Assembly (NCBI GenBank): GCA_049999805.1
Contig: JBNGIO010005642.1
Coordinates: 1-44,917, forward strand
Direction: 5' to 3'
From: Folioceros fuciformis
Taxonomy: Eukaryota
Length of the DNA: 44,917 bases
Both the position numbers and the translations under genes were made by a program. Under the pieces are notes generated by a model that was given only the letters and a program-made list of their open reading frames with translations, was not told where the DNA came from and ran no database searches. This document shows positions 20,712 to 33,695 of this stretch, piece after piece (the stretch's first letter is position 1; each line of letters opens with the position of its first letter).

Positions 20712-23700
20712 CTATCCCGCAGGACCACGGTGCGCTGTTGTGTCACCAGGGTCGCCAGCTTCGCCCACATCTTTGGAGCTTTCAGCGTCTCTGGACATTT
20801 CCCAGCCATGGCTACGGCCGTAGTCGTAAATCTCCGCGAGCTTGGTTCATCCACACAACACGAGTATTAGCGTGACCACAGTAGAGCCGGAGAACGAATT
20901 GTGACCCTTGTTCTTGCAGTTACTTAACCCTTGGACTGTGTGTACCTTGGCGGGAAACTGTCCCAAAGCCACCAGTTCTTTGTACTTGGCATACAACCTC
21001 AGGGCCTGCAGAGATGCGGTCGAGTACAATCAGGTCTCGTGCATCATAGTTTGCATCAAGGTGCATCTGAATCAGATTTGTGTCGCAAGCAAGCCAGACA
21101 ACAGACAAGCCGACAAACAAACGGACTGACCGTGCACGCGTCCTCGATACTATCGTGCGTCTCATTTTGGATGTTTGCCTGCACACGAGAAACGGGCTCA
21201 CATTCTACCCCGAGATGAAATCAGAGGACAGATGAACATGCCGTAATCGAGCTGCATTACGTTAAGCAGATACGATGCCAGGAATCGTAGAGACAGCTTG
21301 CGCGACTTCTTCAGATGGAATAGTTCCACAGTGTCAATGATCTGCACATGCACGCGCGTTGAGAACCCTAGCCACTGTTTCCAACTGTTGCAAACAGTCC
21401 AATGCTTATGCAAAAGGACAAAACCTGCTCCTGAGGAACAACAATGTTGATCATTCGAAAGTCCTTCTTCAATCCGTGGCCCACAAACAGGCAACCGCTG
21501 TCGACCTACATCATTACAGGGCAGCTGTCAGACAGCTCATACACCTACGGCAGGTTGCTGCCGAGACAGTGACGAGATTCAGGAGAGAGGTCATGACTAC
21601 CAGGAAACGCAGCTTCAAGTACGCTTTCTTCAACGTAGTTACAGGATGCTTTGACGTGGTAGGGTCCTACAAACAGAAATGACATTGATGTCAGCAAATA
21701 TGCCCCCCCCTCGCCACACGGTACCGCTTTCTGATTGATGAAAGGGGACGGCCAGAAGAGAGCACCATACACTGAACCCAAAGACTCACCAAGTCCCCTG
21801 GGGACACTCCTGAATATCTCGTCAAGTAGTCATGGACTGGTTCAACCTGAAGCAATCCGAAACAAGCCTCTGGTAAGAAGCAAGCTTTTGAAACCCAGTA
21901 CGTGTTCCCTCCAAACTAGATCAGACCAGAAGCAGCCAATCCAGTACTCACTGTACAAATGTAGTCGTCTATGCAGCAAACACCGGCCTTCTCTCCTGCT
22001 CCTCGGACCTTGAATTTCAGGAATTGGCAACCTTTAGACAGCTGCTTGAAAGGATCGCTACAAGAAAGTTCAGAGTCCCAACTGACAACAACCTTTGTAC
22101 TGAAGTGTCCCGTGGACACTTCAATAACGTGGACCATTGCAAACAGGAATTCCGTGAAGCATACATACCACACTCACACGAGCCAGTCCCAGGCGAGGAG
22201 GCCTTATGATGTACTCTGAACCATCAGCTCGAGAGCCCTGGTAAAGATGGATCCAGTCAGAAAGCACTAGCAATTTAGCTTAGCGACTTCAAACACAGAA
22301 AAATCAGTTCCTTCACAAGGTCATCATTGGTACCTTATCAGCAGCGGAGAGTGCGACAAATTCTGCATCAATCCCCAAAAGCATTCCCTGTGACCAAAGG
22401 CAGCATGATCAGATTCAACAGAGGGCCTAAAAAGAAAAGATCATCAGATGCAGGGCTGATGCAATACCGGTCTCGGAGATTCTGTAGCCATATCCAATGC
22501 AACAAAGGTAGAAGCGGCTGCGTCAGCGGCATCTCTTGACGGTTCAGAGATAAGACGGCGAAATAACTCATGGCTAATTGGTGAAGACACCTTCTGTGAC
22601 AACAGGAATGCGAGATAGAACACACTAACACACAAAAACAAAAGCTTGCCATCGGTTCTTCCGAAACAGATTGCATCTCTAATACGATTACCCGTGAGAA
22701 AACTGATGACATCAATTGATCCCCATCAGAAGTCTTCGGAGTATGCTCATGAACGCCTTCCGTTCCCTCCCAATCAGAGTCCTCAACGCGGGTGTAGTAA
22801 AGCAGACAGGGAACCTTTTGCTTCCCATACATGGTCACCTACTCCATGAAAGGCCATGTCAGAGCACTCACAGTCACAACAACCTGAAGGAACAAACAAG
22901 CCACAATGCAGGCTATTGCATAAACAAAACTCTGATCACATTACCACTTCAACAGCCGAACTTGGAGATATGCAAAAATCGTTGAATAGAACCCATTCAA
23001 ATGAATAGGGAACTCCTCGAGATAATGTTGATTGCTTAGAAGGGCCTGCAAGAACCAAGAAAGAATGAGTACAGAGCTCCACTCCCACGAGAAAAACAAG
23101 CGATGGCTGAGATGGCGTTTCTCGAAAGGGTTTCAAAATCATCCTCAACGCATTGCATTACCAGGGGGAGTGCCTACAGTTGGTGACGATGACGGTGGTG
23201 AATGTTTTTCAAAATAACGGGGGGGAATCTGTCAGAAGTCACAAACACAGAGATACAAAATGAGACGTTCTCATAAAAAAGACAAACAGCGGTTGTAAAT
23301 TGCAGGGATGTGTCTACAACGCACCTTTACGTGTGCGATCAGATGACCCTCACTTTCGTCTTCCAACCTTCCACCATTTTCATAATCGTCGTGAATGTGA
23401 GCTATCATGGCTGTCAACTCATAGATACCATGCATGGTAGCACTAACGCCGGCAATGGAAGTTTTCGCATTCAATTGCTCATTGCTGCCACGTTGTGAGC
23501 GATCCTGCATCAAGATGGTAAACCACCACATGTAAATTTGTCCTCGAAATTTAAGCCTCAAGGAATAGGGAAGTGGTTGCGACCTCAAGCACCCTGACTC
23601 TCGAATACTGAGGATCTAATGTGATCCCCAGACGGAATGGAAGCCATGGATCTGCCCCATTTTGATACGTTGATTTGGAGATGGAGGATCTTCCGCCCTC

Positions 23701-26700
23701 GGAAATGCTGGATTTGCTGTCTGGGCGGGCCTCCTGTGCCTCTCTGAACCAGAAAGATAGCTCAGCATCCCCCTTGACACAACAGTTGACAATGAGAACC
23801 CGTGGCAGGCTACAGGGCGCGCGAATCTGGAACACATTACAGCATAAGTACCATCTAGCTGCCGTGATCAATAGATAGAAGGGCAACAGTGAAGCCTGTC
23901 GACCTGGTGTACTTGAAGATAGCTTCGACATTCTGAACACCAGGCACGAACTTCTTCCTGTTTGCAAAGGCTCCTCTCCAGGAGCTCTGCAAAGGTTTGC
24001 AGCACTCCAGCCTTTCCTGTGGTATACTGTAAATCACAAGAACAAGCTTTCACACTCATTAAACCTTTTCAACTATCACAGCCAGGGTGTTAATCAACCA
24101 AGGTGTACATAGACTACCTGCAGGTCTACTTGGAATGAACGCCTCTCTTGAACAAGATCTTCATGTGAGGCTCTGAAACACTGACAGGTGCACAAATAAC
24201 TATAAGCTAGCTGTTTCAAGCCTGCAAGCGTACTCAGATCCAACTGCTAGTAACTGGAGACCTCGTGTCACCTTTGTGCGCAATCGGTATGTCATTCCAA
24301 AGAGGTAGTCACTCAGAGATGTGCCTTGAGAGGTAGGTTCGGAAGGGGTACTCCCACTTTGTGCCTCTTTGTGCAGCTGTGAAACAGATGATCTGTATAT
24401 TCAGAAACCATATTGAAAATCACAGAAAGGAACACGAAACAAAGATGACTTTCAGTTCACTTCATTCATGCCTACAGATTTGTTCTTTTCCTAAACAGTT
24501 TATGGATGCTAGCATGACTATGGGGGAAGGGAGAATCTCATGTGAAAGCACCTGATCAAGAAGGAATCTATTAAATGTCTGAATTTTCTTTGCGAGTGAC
24601 TTCTCCTTAGTACTTTCCCACTCATCAGGTCCTTCCACAAGGCCAAGAGCTGATGCCTCAGGGATTTGTCTCAATGCCCGCAACAAATTGGTGGGCTGCA
24701 AATCCAGATGGAATGAGAGGCCAAGGCAACGGCAAGGGTACATGCGACAGCATATGGCTGCACTAACACAGCTGCCAAATCGAAGGTTTCGATAGAAAGC
24801 AAGGGGAGGTACCTGACAGGTGTCACCTCTGGCAAGATCAAGCATATGTAGGACAAACCCAAGTTCACATGTGAGGCAAAACTCACGTTCGCAGATGTGA
24901 CGAGTGACACTAGACTGCAGGTGGGGAATAAAATAGAGCACCTGCCGAGACAGTGCGATGTGATAAAATGCCAGAGTACCAGAAGGACAAAACCAACATC
25001 AGGCAGGAGGGCAGCAACTCATGATAGCAAAGTCACATCTAAACTGACAGTACCTGCAAGAGCGAATTGCAGTAACTGTTGATGGTATCATTCTCCAAAC
25101 CTGCAAAGCGTGTCTTGTTGTAATAGCTGAAGTCAAACTCCTCATATTTGAGCTTAGACTGAGACTGCTTTGCTTCAACTCGCCGATAGCCCTTTGGAAG
25201 CCACTTGTATTTCAAGAGACCCCTCACACCTGAGAGCCCTAAAGACCTCCGATCAGTGATCGGTATACTTTCGATATCTGTCTGCAGCCCATAGGAACTC
25301 AGTATCACAAACAGCAGCGCATATAACAGCAAAAACAAAGATAAAGATCATAGGTCGACTGTCAGACAGAACGACTGATTCAGTATGGTCAGCAAGCGAA
25401 GACTGCCAGACATGTGTCACGTAGGTGAACATCCTGCCTACCTTGCCTTTTCGACGGGTATTGCGTAGACCCACAGAAGCTCGAGTGGCATCACCATAAG
25501 GACTCCCTAGTTGCCAGTGAGGATTCTGGACTACTTTAACAAAATCAACCGACTGTGTCTGCTCTAGCAATGATGGGTCGACTGTTCGTGGTGGCAAACC
25601 CACATGGATGGGCAATGCTGAATCCACTGTCGAAAACAATGTGCTGGAGAACGGCTGATATATATAGCTGAACGAATCCTTCTCACTAATGTGAACTTGT
25701 GGCCCTGTTGATACATCTGGGAGCTGTGCACAGGCGGCCATCACAACTCAAAAGGGCTAATATTTGTGAGATAAGAAGCAATCTTACATCCAGCGTCAAC
25801 CACCAAGTTCATGGAGCAAAAGGGGGAGTTGACACCACAAAAATGGTTCAACTCACGCTTTCATCAGTTGCAGCATTTCAGGGCCTGAAGCGGGAAACGG
25901 AAAGACAAGGCTCCCTGGACAGGAGGTAGTTTGTCTAGGTGACACACGAAAGGACCTAGAAACGGATGCGCACATGGTCCCACTTACAGCAAAGCTAAGC
26001 AAGTCCATCACATTTCAACCAGGTGAATCACAAGATAGTACCTCAGTAGGTTGAGAGAAGAGATTGACGCGAGCTCGATCAAAAGTACCCCATAAATGTA
26101 TAAAGCCCCCGGAATCGCCAAATGCTAGAAGCTCGCCAGAATTTGAGACATCTGAAGTGAGCAGAAAATCTTCCCCACAGTCCACCTGGAGAATGGTTCA
26201 GTAGCAAAGGTCAAAAGCTGTTCACTGGAGTAGATGTCCGTAAAATGTCACAACCAAGCTCACAGAGTTCTCTAAAACGTGCAGCAGAGACAACCTGATA
26301 TGTTTGACAATCTGTGCCTCCACCTTGTACGTCAGTCACGAGGATAGCCCCTGTTCCCGCAGTGGCTACAACGATACTCGAAAATTTGGGTTGGAAGTGC
26401 AGAGTTGTGGGACCAGCAACGAAAGGGATGTGTGTCAAAGGACGCACGGCCTGCCTAATATCAAAAACCTGCCATAGGGAACTCTAAAGTGTGAACGAGG
26501 TTGAGCGAATATGCGTTCATATTGATGTGGGATAAATGCCAGAAACCATCCACAAGCCAATAATGTACAAGTTGGATAATAGTCTGAATAACTGAGGGAG
26601 CAAGGACCTTTATGACTGGCTCAGAATACAGTCGACCCATATGCTGTGTGAGCCCACACGACACAAGCAAGTCGCCCTTAAGCTCCAGCGAAGTAATTTT

Positions 26701-28512
26701 TCCTGGAATGAGCCATCAAACCAAGAGCCTGCGTACTTGGATCATAAGGAACCCCACCTTGAATGCAACACTGAGAAAGAACTACTTATTGTCAAGGTCT
26801 TTATCCTATGGAGTCGAAGACATACATAGGAACATCAATACAGGTGAACCAAGCACAGGCGTGGATACGTAAGGCCCCCACCATGATGCATAGGCAATAC
26901 TCCGGAGACTCAAAACCGTGATCTATACCAAAGGTTGACACACACCTGGATGAGCGTCTACAGAGTGCTCAGTTTTCAATGTCCTAAGATCCTTCAAGCT
27001 GAGCTCTCCTGCGGTGCCCCCACATGCTACAAGACGACCATTGCTTCTCATCACAGAGATACCCTGGCTCGTGTGGACCTGCACCAGAGCAAACGTACAA
27101 AAGGGTAGTAACTCATCTTGCTCTGTAGTAGGGGTGGCACACAGGAACTACCACCAGAGATAGCAGCAATCCTTCAAAACTCTGTTATGTATCCAAACAG
27201 CAGGATAAAGCAGGTACCGATGAGGAAATAGAAGATGTAGCCATATCGAACACAGAGATTCTGTTCCCAGCGTGACCCAGCAACACACGAGCTGCTGCAG
27301 GACGCTCCCATTCACAGCATAGCATATCTGAAACACCCTTATCCCTGCAAAGAAACTCTTGTCAGAAGAACGCTGGAAAGGCACGACTCAAACAAAATGC
27401 GTCAGATCTCTCACGTGACAAATTGGAAGGTGATGACTCTAGATCGTTTTGAATTAACTTGCCTGAAGCTTAAGACAGGGAGACCACCTCGTGTGTGCAT
27501 CCGTAGAGCATCGGCACTCACGGAAATCACACCTTCTGTTGTGAGCAGCAATCCGACCACCATGCCATTATGTGCTCCAAAGACCGAGTACTTCTGCATT
27601 GTCGGGCAAATGTGAGAGTGTACTGTCCCCTGCACGCAATCACATGTCGATGTCTTACTGCTATGCCGAAGGGCAAGCTACCTCTCTCTAAAGCACCACA
27701 GTAGCCAGCTCTGCCATGGAAAAACTACACAGATATCTATCGACACAATCAAATGCACCGATGCCTATGACATGGCGGATAGAAGTGTCCATGAAGAAGT
27801 CGGAGATTGGTGTCAAGGAACTGTAAGAATTGGATCATATGGCCATATTTCTAGAGGGCTGACCTAACATTGCAAGCTAGGAGCAATGTGCATCCTGACG
27901 CCCATCATCAGGATGAGATAAATTCGTTGCCACCACACCAATGTCTGACAGGCAATGCAGCTGAGGCATGCCTTATGGTGCGCAACCAGCTCACCAAGCT
28001 GAAGTTCCCCCGACCAAACCTCCGCACAAATCTCCCAGCAGAACGCGTGGAGACCCAAGAATTAGACACTGAAGCCCACATCGCCCCGACAACGAATCCA
28101 GGAAATCTTGAGCCCGCATCCCCATCTCCCATCCAGCCCCAGCACGAGGAGCCACACACGCATGCAGGGTGCCCCAGACGCAGCGCCACACACCCACAAT
28201 CCATACACAAACCCACCAAGCTTCCGCTACAAAATTCAGCCCGCTCCAATTCCCCTTCCCAGAGAGATTCCAACCACACACGCCGATGCACCAATTCCCG
28301 ACCCCTCACACGGCAGGCGGAGCACCAGCTGCCAGAGCAAGCACGCAACAAGCATAAGCACAAGCAGAGGCAGAAGCACAGCGCCCGGAACCTACAGACG
28401 CAGACGCGGTCCACAGCAGCTCCATGAGCGGATCGAAGATGGCCCTGCAGACGGGATCCCGCGCCCGCTGCTGCAGCACGCACACCAGCTCGCTGAGCTT
28501 CTCCCCAACCAT
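20712..28512 (-). CDS. PAN2: PAN2 poly(A)-specific ribonuclease catalytic subunit (WD40 + pseudo-UCH + DEDD exonuclease), >20 exons
   Basis: N-term [20 protein letters not shown]...YSVFGAH...[10 protein letters not shown]40 [25 protein letters not shown]. Linker/[77 protein letters not shown]. Nuclease [77 protein letters not shown]. Confidence 0.93.
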
Positions 28513-29982
28513 GTTGCTGCGTCATCCAGCGCTGGCCGTCACAGGAGCAGCCGCGGCCCCGCCTTGTCTCTGTCCCTGCAGCCCCTGCCCTTGTCGTCCG
28601 TCTCCATCTCCCGAGCCCCGCGCGCTCTGAGCAGCTCCCACGCGTGCACTGTCCCTGGACAGCAGATGCCCCGTGCCTCGATTCCAGCCTCCCCCGGCCG
28701 CCTGCTGCTCCAGGACGCCGCAATGCTACCAGGGAAATTAATGCGCAGAGCCCGAGGTAGGCAAGGAAGCAAGGCGATGCGATGCGATGCGATACGATGC
28801 CCGGAGCAGACGAGACGAGACGAGACGACTCGTGACGACTCGAGACGAGTCGAGCCGACCGGAGCCGAGCCTTCCTTGTGAGAACGTGCGTGTGTGTGCC
28901 GTGGTGACGGTGGTCTCTGCTGGGGTGACCGAGCTGCTCCGTGGCAATACGCGTTTCGCCACCTCGTTTCAACGTACAGTACATACTGCTAACCTCTGGT
29001 CATATGTACATACATACATAAATACCTAGGGAGTTCTAACCTCTGCTTATGCTAGGGGTTTCGCTAAGCTAGGGCGTTAGGCGAAGTGGGGGAGTTTTTC
29101 CTAACCTCTGTATTCTTCTTAACTAATGGTTGAGTGATGAAGAGCGGTAGGTCTCCCTCATTGGGGAAACGGATGGGATACTTGAGGCCCCTCGATGGCC
29201 TTGTGATGCAGGACCTTCCAGGAACTTGCACTCGTGCTGGTCATTTTCTCTATCTTGTGTCATGACTGACTGAACTTATGTTCCAATTCTGCTTGTCAAA
29301 AGAGATAGTCTACAAATCGGATTCAAGAGACATATCTGAACATGTCTCTTTAGGCAGGACAAGGACATGCAACAATCTCGTGAGATAGGGTGTATACATC
29401 AGAATCAAGCTTGGGAGAACGTTGGTGCAGCCAGGATGAGACTGAGATGCTTCTCCTGTTCCTTTTATGTGCACCTGTGTGGGAGGGGCTGCCTGGCGCA
29501 GAGCGATTAGAAAACAAGTCTCCTGGCCCCCTCTCTCCGCGCCCCCACCCCACCTGGCACCCTCCCCAGCAACGCCCTGTCACTCACCTTCGTGCGGAAA
29601 GCGGAAAGGGCTGTTGAAGAAAGGGACAAGGTGAGGGGAAGGAGACGGCAGAGAAAGAGAGGAACATATTTATATCTGCTGGAGAGCAGAGACAAAGGAG
29701 CAACTACGAAGGAGAAGGAAAACCAAGGGCAGGGATATGTATCATCTAGTTTGAGAAGAGACAAAGGAGACAGCAAGTCCGCAGAGAAGACAATGCAGGA
29801 ATGAAGGCAACCAGATGCGAGCTTAATTTATTATAAATTTAGTAGGGTGAAGCATCAATATACATACCCAGTTCCCATATAGAAAGAAGTCCTGTGAGAT
29901 CAAACGTGTTCATGATGGATAACATTTGAGCTGATCCCAACAAGGTGCGAAGACAAAAATGACTGACAAACGCTAGTGGAAG

Positions 29983-31526
29983 CTAGTCACTTGTTAGAGG
30001 ACGGGCCAAGCAGCCGCACCGAAACCTGGCCCTGCGGACAGTGGAGTATATCTCCACTTGTGCCTCTTCCAACATTGCTACGATATGAGAAAACACGGGT
30101 CTCACTTCAGGATTGCTATCCCAACACCGAGTCATGATGTCTTGCAGCGCCACAGGGCAGTCCTGCGGTATGGTCGGCCGCACCCCCTTGTTACACACTG
30201 CAAACGCTGCTTGGACTGCTGTCATGTTTTGGAAAGGAAGGAGGCCCGTAATGAGCTCCCATAGAACTATTCCGAAGCTGTACACATCCACCTTCTGCGT
30301 GTATGGTCTGTGCTGGATCATCTCCCTGCAACGCCAGCTCATGCGGTTTAGCTCATGCAGTGCACTGGAACGGGCGGGAAGCTGCCCCACAAGGTGTAAA
30401 AAGCTGCTGCTTGCTGCTCAAACCAAGTGGCAAAGCACCTCGGCCCACTCCCAAAAGGTTCTCTAGCTTCTAGAAGAAACACAAAAAATGCTACGAGACA
30501 TGACAGGACCCACAACCCACAGAGACAGCCCCAGCGCAGAGCAGAGCAGGACAGGACAGGATGAGTGTTGTGAAGGAGGAGGAGGAGGAGGAGCGGCGGG
30601 AGAAGCAGGAGCAGGAGCAGGAGGGAGGGAGCTTACGGCGCCATCCAGCGATATGTCCCAGTCTCAGGAGTCATGCCCTCGGCCTGCACCTCTATTCTAG
30701 CCACGCCGAAGTCAGCAATCTTGATAGACCTGTCGGTAGCGATGAGAAGGTTGTCAGATTTCAAGTCTCTGTGAATTATTTCCAAGCTATGCAGGTACTC
30801 CATGCCGCGAGCTATGTCAAGGGCCTGCTTGACAGCAACCTTCAATGGCACCGAGCGGGACTTCCTGCGGCTGAGGAATGACCTGACGGAGCCGCCTTTA
30901 GCGTACTCGGTCACAATGCACCACACCATGGGCTTCCTGCACGCTCCTATGAAGCGCACCACATTCTGGTGACTGACGTTAGCCAGCATGGTCACCTCCT
31001 TGGCAAACTGGTTCTCCATCCTCAGAGCCCGCGGCAGGTCGTTCTCCGGCCTCTCCAGAATCTTGACCGCCACATCCTCCCCATTGTAGGTGCCCTTGTA
31101 GAGCTTCCCGAACGCCCCCTGCGCAAAGGCCGGCCCCATCCGCAGCCTCCGCAGGTCAATTGTCCAGTCATCGTACCCCTCCAGCCCGTCCGTGGGCAAC
31201 CTGCCGTCCATGAGTGCCGCCGCCAGCACGTCCTCCCCTAGACTGTGCGGCACCGCCAGGTTGGGCATCACCACGCTGTGCGAAACGGAGGCGCTGGGCG
31301 TCCTCACCCGAGACCGCAGGTCCGGGTGCATCAACACCGCCCTCACCGAGTTGTTGGAGCCCACGCTCGAGTCCCCTGCTGTGGACATGGACACGGAGCC
31401 CCCTCCATTCATGGTCGTCCTCATGCTCCCGATGCTCTCCACCGACATGTCGGACCCCTCCGCCAGCCGCTGGTAATACTCATCCGGGAACACATAATAC
31501 TGCTCCTGGTACGTCGCCATCGCCAT
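29983..31526 (-). CDS. Raf-like group C Ser/Thr/Tyr kinase (STY13/Raf22-like), 2 exons (31526-30637, 30325-29983)
   Basis: [77 protein letters not shown]-terminus. GT-AG intron inside the MAPE motif. Confidence 0.93.
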
Positions 31527-33695
31527 CCCTCCGACCTCAGCAGACTCACATCCCCTCCTTCTCTTCTCTTGTCCTCTCCTCTCCTTTGCTTTGCTTTCCT
31601 TTCCTTCACACTCCAACCCACAAAACCCACCACCCACTACTCCTAATGCCCTAGCGAGCTGGGCACCCGAATTGGCCTGGCCTCAGTGTCCGCCTTCAGA
31701 CCTAAAGCTCCACCTCCGCGCCAGCACACGGCAATTGGGGCCCCCATAGCCAGTCCAGCGGGGGAGGACGAAGAAAGCCCGTCCACCTGAACAACAATGC
31801 CCGCACCTGTTGCTCACGTGCCGGGTGCAGCAGCAGAAGAAGCAGCAGCCGCAGCCGCAGCAGCAGCGGCAGCCGCCGCCGCCGCCATCCTGAAGCTGAA
31901 GCTCCTGTAGGGAGGGAGGTCCCAGATCGGACACGAGCTGCGAGAATGCGCAAATGAGAAGTAAGGAGGGCAGGAGGGTGAGGAGAGAGGGGAAGGATGG
32001 AGGCCGTGCCGGGCCGTGCGGTGCCGTGCCGTGGGCTGGCCTAGCGTGGCCGCGGCCGTACTCTACTAGCGGGGCCTGCAGCACGGAAGCAGGCAGAGGC
32101 AGCAGCGGGGCGTGCTTCGCGTCCGTCCACAGTAGCCTGGCCTGGCGTAGCGTAGCCTTGCCTTGCCTTGCCTAGTGAAGCTGCTGCTGCTGCTGCTGTG
32201 GACGAGGAGGAGAAGAGGAAGGGAGGAAGAAGGAGGCGGGACCGGGCACGGGCACGGGCTGGCCGGGTAGACAGACACTGGCACACACTCTGCACACTCC
32301 AGCCCAGAACCCAGGACCAGAGCCAGAGGCAGAGCCCAGTCGAGCCAGGCCAGGCCAGGCAAGGCGGGGGGTGAGGCGAGGCGAGTCGAGTCGAGTCGAG
32401 GCGATGAAGATAAAGAGAGATGAAGGGGACAGAGACAAACGGCTGGGGCTGCCGCACCTGCAGCCTTAATGCGATCCGCCCTTCCCGGCAAGTGTGTGTG
32501 TGAAGTGGCTCAACTAAAGGCATGAATGAAGACGGGCCAGCCTTCCCCCCCTCTCTTCTTCCCTTCCAGGGGTCCCCACCTTCGCAGCTCGCGCCGGCGA
32601 AATCGCAGCTTTCGCCGTGGGTGACATGTTGATAACCCGTCGACACCACCTTGGGCTTTGCCTTTGCCTTGGGCCTCTGCCTTGGGCCTCGCCTCGGCCT
32701 CTGCCTGGGCCTTCGCCGTCACCTTCGCCGTTTCCTCCGCCTTTCAAACCTCCCTATCACTCCCGCCTGCCTGCCTTCCCACGTCCCCACCCAACCCACA
32801 CACCCCGCCACAAATGGATTTGGGATCTGCATCTCAGAAATCTCAATCCCGTGGAACGCATCTATGCACTTTTCACACTCCTGCCACAATCAATGGATCC
32901 ATATCCTGGCTGCATTAGCACCGCAACCACGGTTGTTGGTCCTTCCCATTCACCTTCATCCATACTGACAAGAAGCGGAATGGAAGACGGTGCTACACAA
33001 TCTGGAGAGCAAGTTTAGTCCTTCAGCACCAATTAACTTAAGCAACTGCTGAATCCTGGGAGCCATCCTTTCTGTAAAAGTGAGTGACAAGACATGGATC
33101 GAGGAAGGAGGGCAGTGCCGTACCGGATGCATCTTCACAACACAACATAAAGCAACGTGCATCTGGCCCTACTGGGACAGAGACTACGACACATGATGGA
33201 GAAATTGTTCCAACATCATTTACCATCGCTAACGTTTCACGACTCACGATTCGGGCTCGGGGAACAGGCACGCCTAATTGGACTCGGTAAGTTCTGCAAC
33301 CAGCACGCGGGGCTGGGACCATCGGACAGGCAGGCCTTCAGGTGGCGATGCGCACAATCCCTGACTGCTGCCAGGCCAACGTTCGGAATTCGACATCGGA
33401 TCACATTAAATACTAAAATCTGCGGAATCACGTAGCAGCTGAGGCCGAGTCCAAGGGGGCCCTCGGACAGCCAGCCACTCAGGTACAACTCTACCCCACA
33501 AACGTTGTACTGCAACTTACTCGCAGCCGTGCCAGTGAGTGCGCGCCGACGGACAGTGGGCAGATTCTTGAAACTTCCTTCTCATTTGAGCCACAGCTTC
33601 GTCATACAAAGATTTTTCTCTTGGAGAGGAATAAGCTCTCATCAAAAATGCTGATGATAACAACAGGGGAATCCTATCGCAGACCTACCGTACTC

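Noticed and set aside
27870-28984. Long ORFs (358, 257 and 185 aa) around the PAN2 5' end
   Set aside because: GC-rich leader, intron and microsatellite sequence. The real coding exon is 28512-28396 in another frame.
29135-29275. Possible box C/D snoRNA (GTGATGA ... CTGA)
   Set aside because: No terminal stem and no rRNA/snRNA antisense element that I can identify.
32040-32760. Multiple overlapping ORFs upstream of the kinase
   Set aside because: Pentamer/hexamer microsatellite-rich GC promoter and UTR sequence (CCTTG, GAGTC, GGCCT) that produces stop-poor frames.
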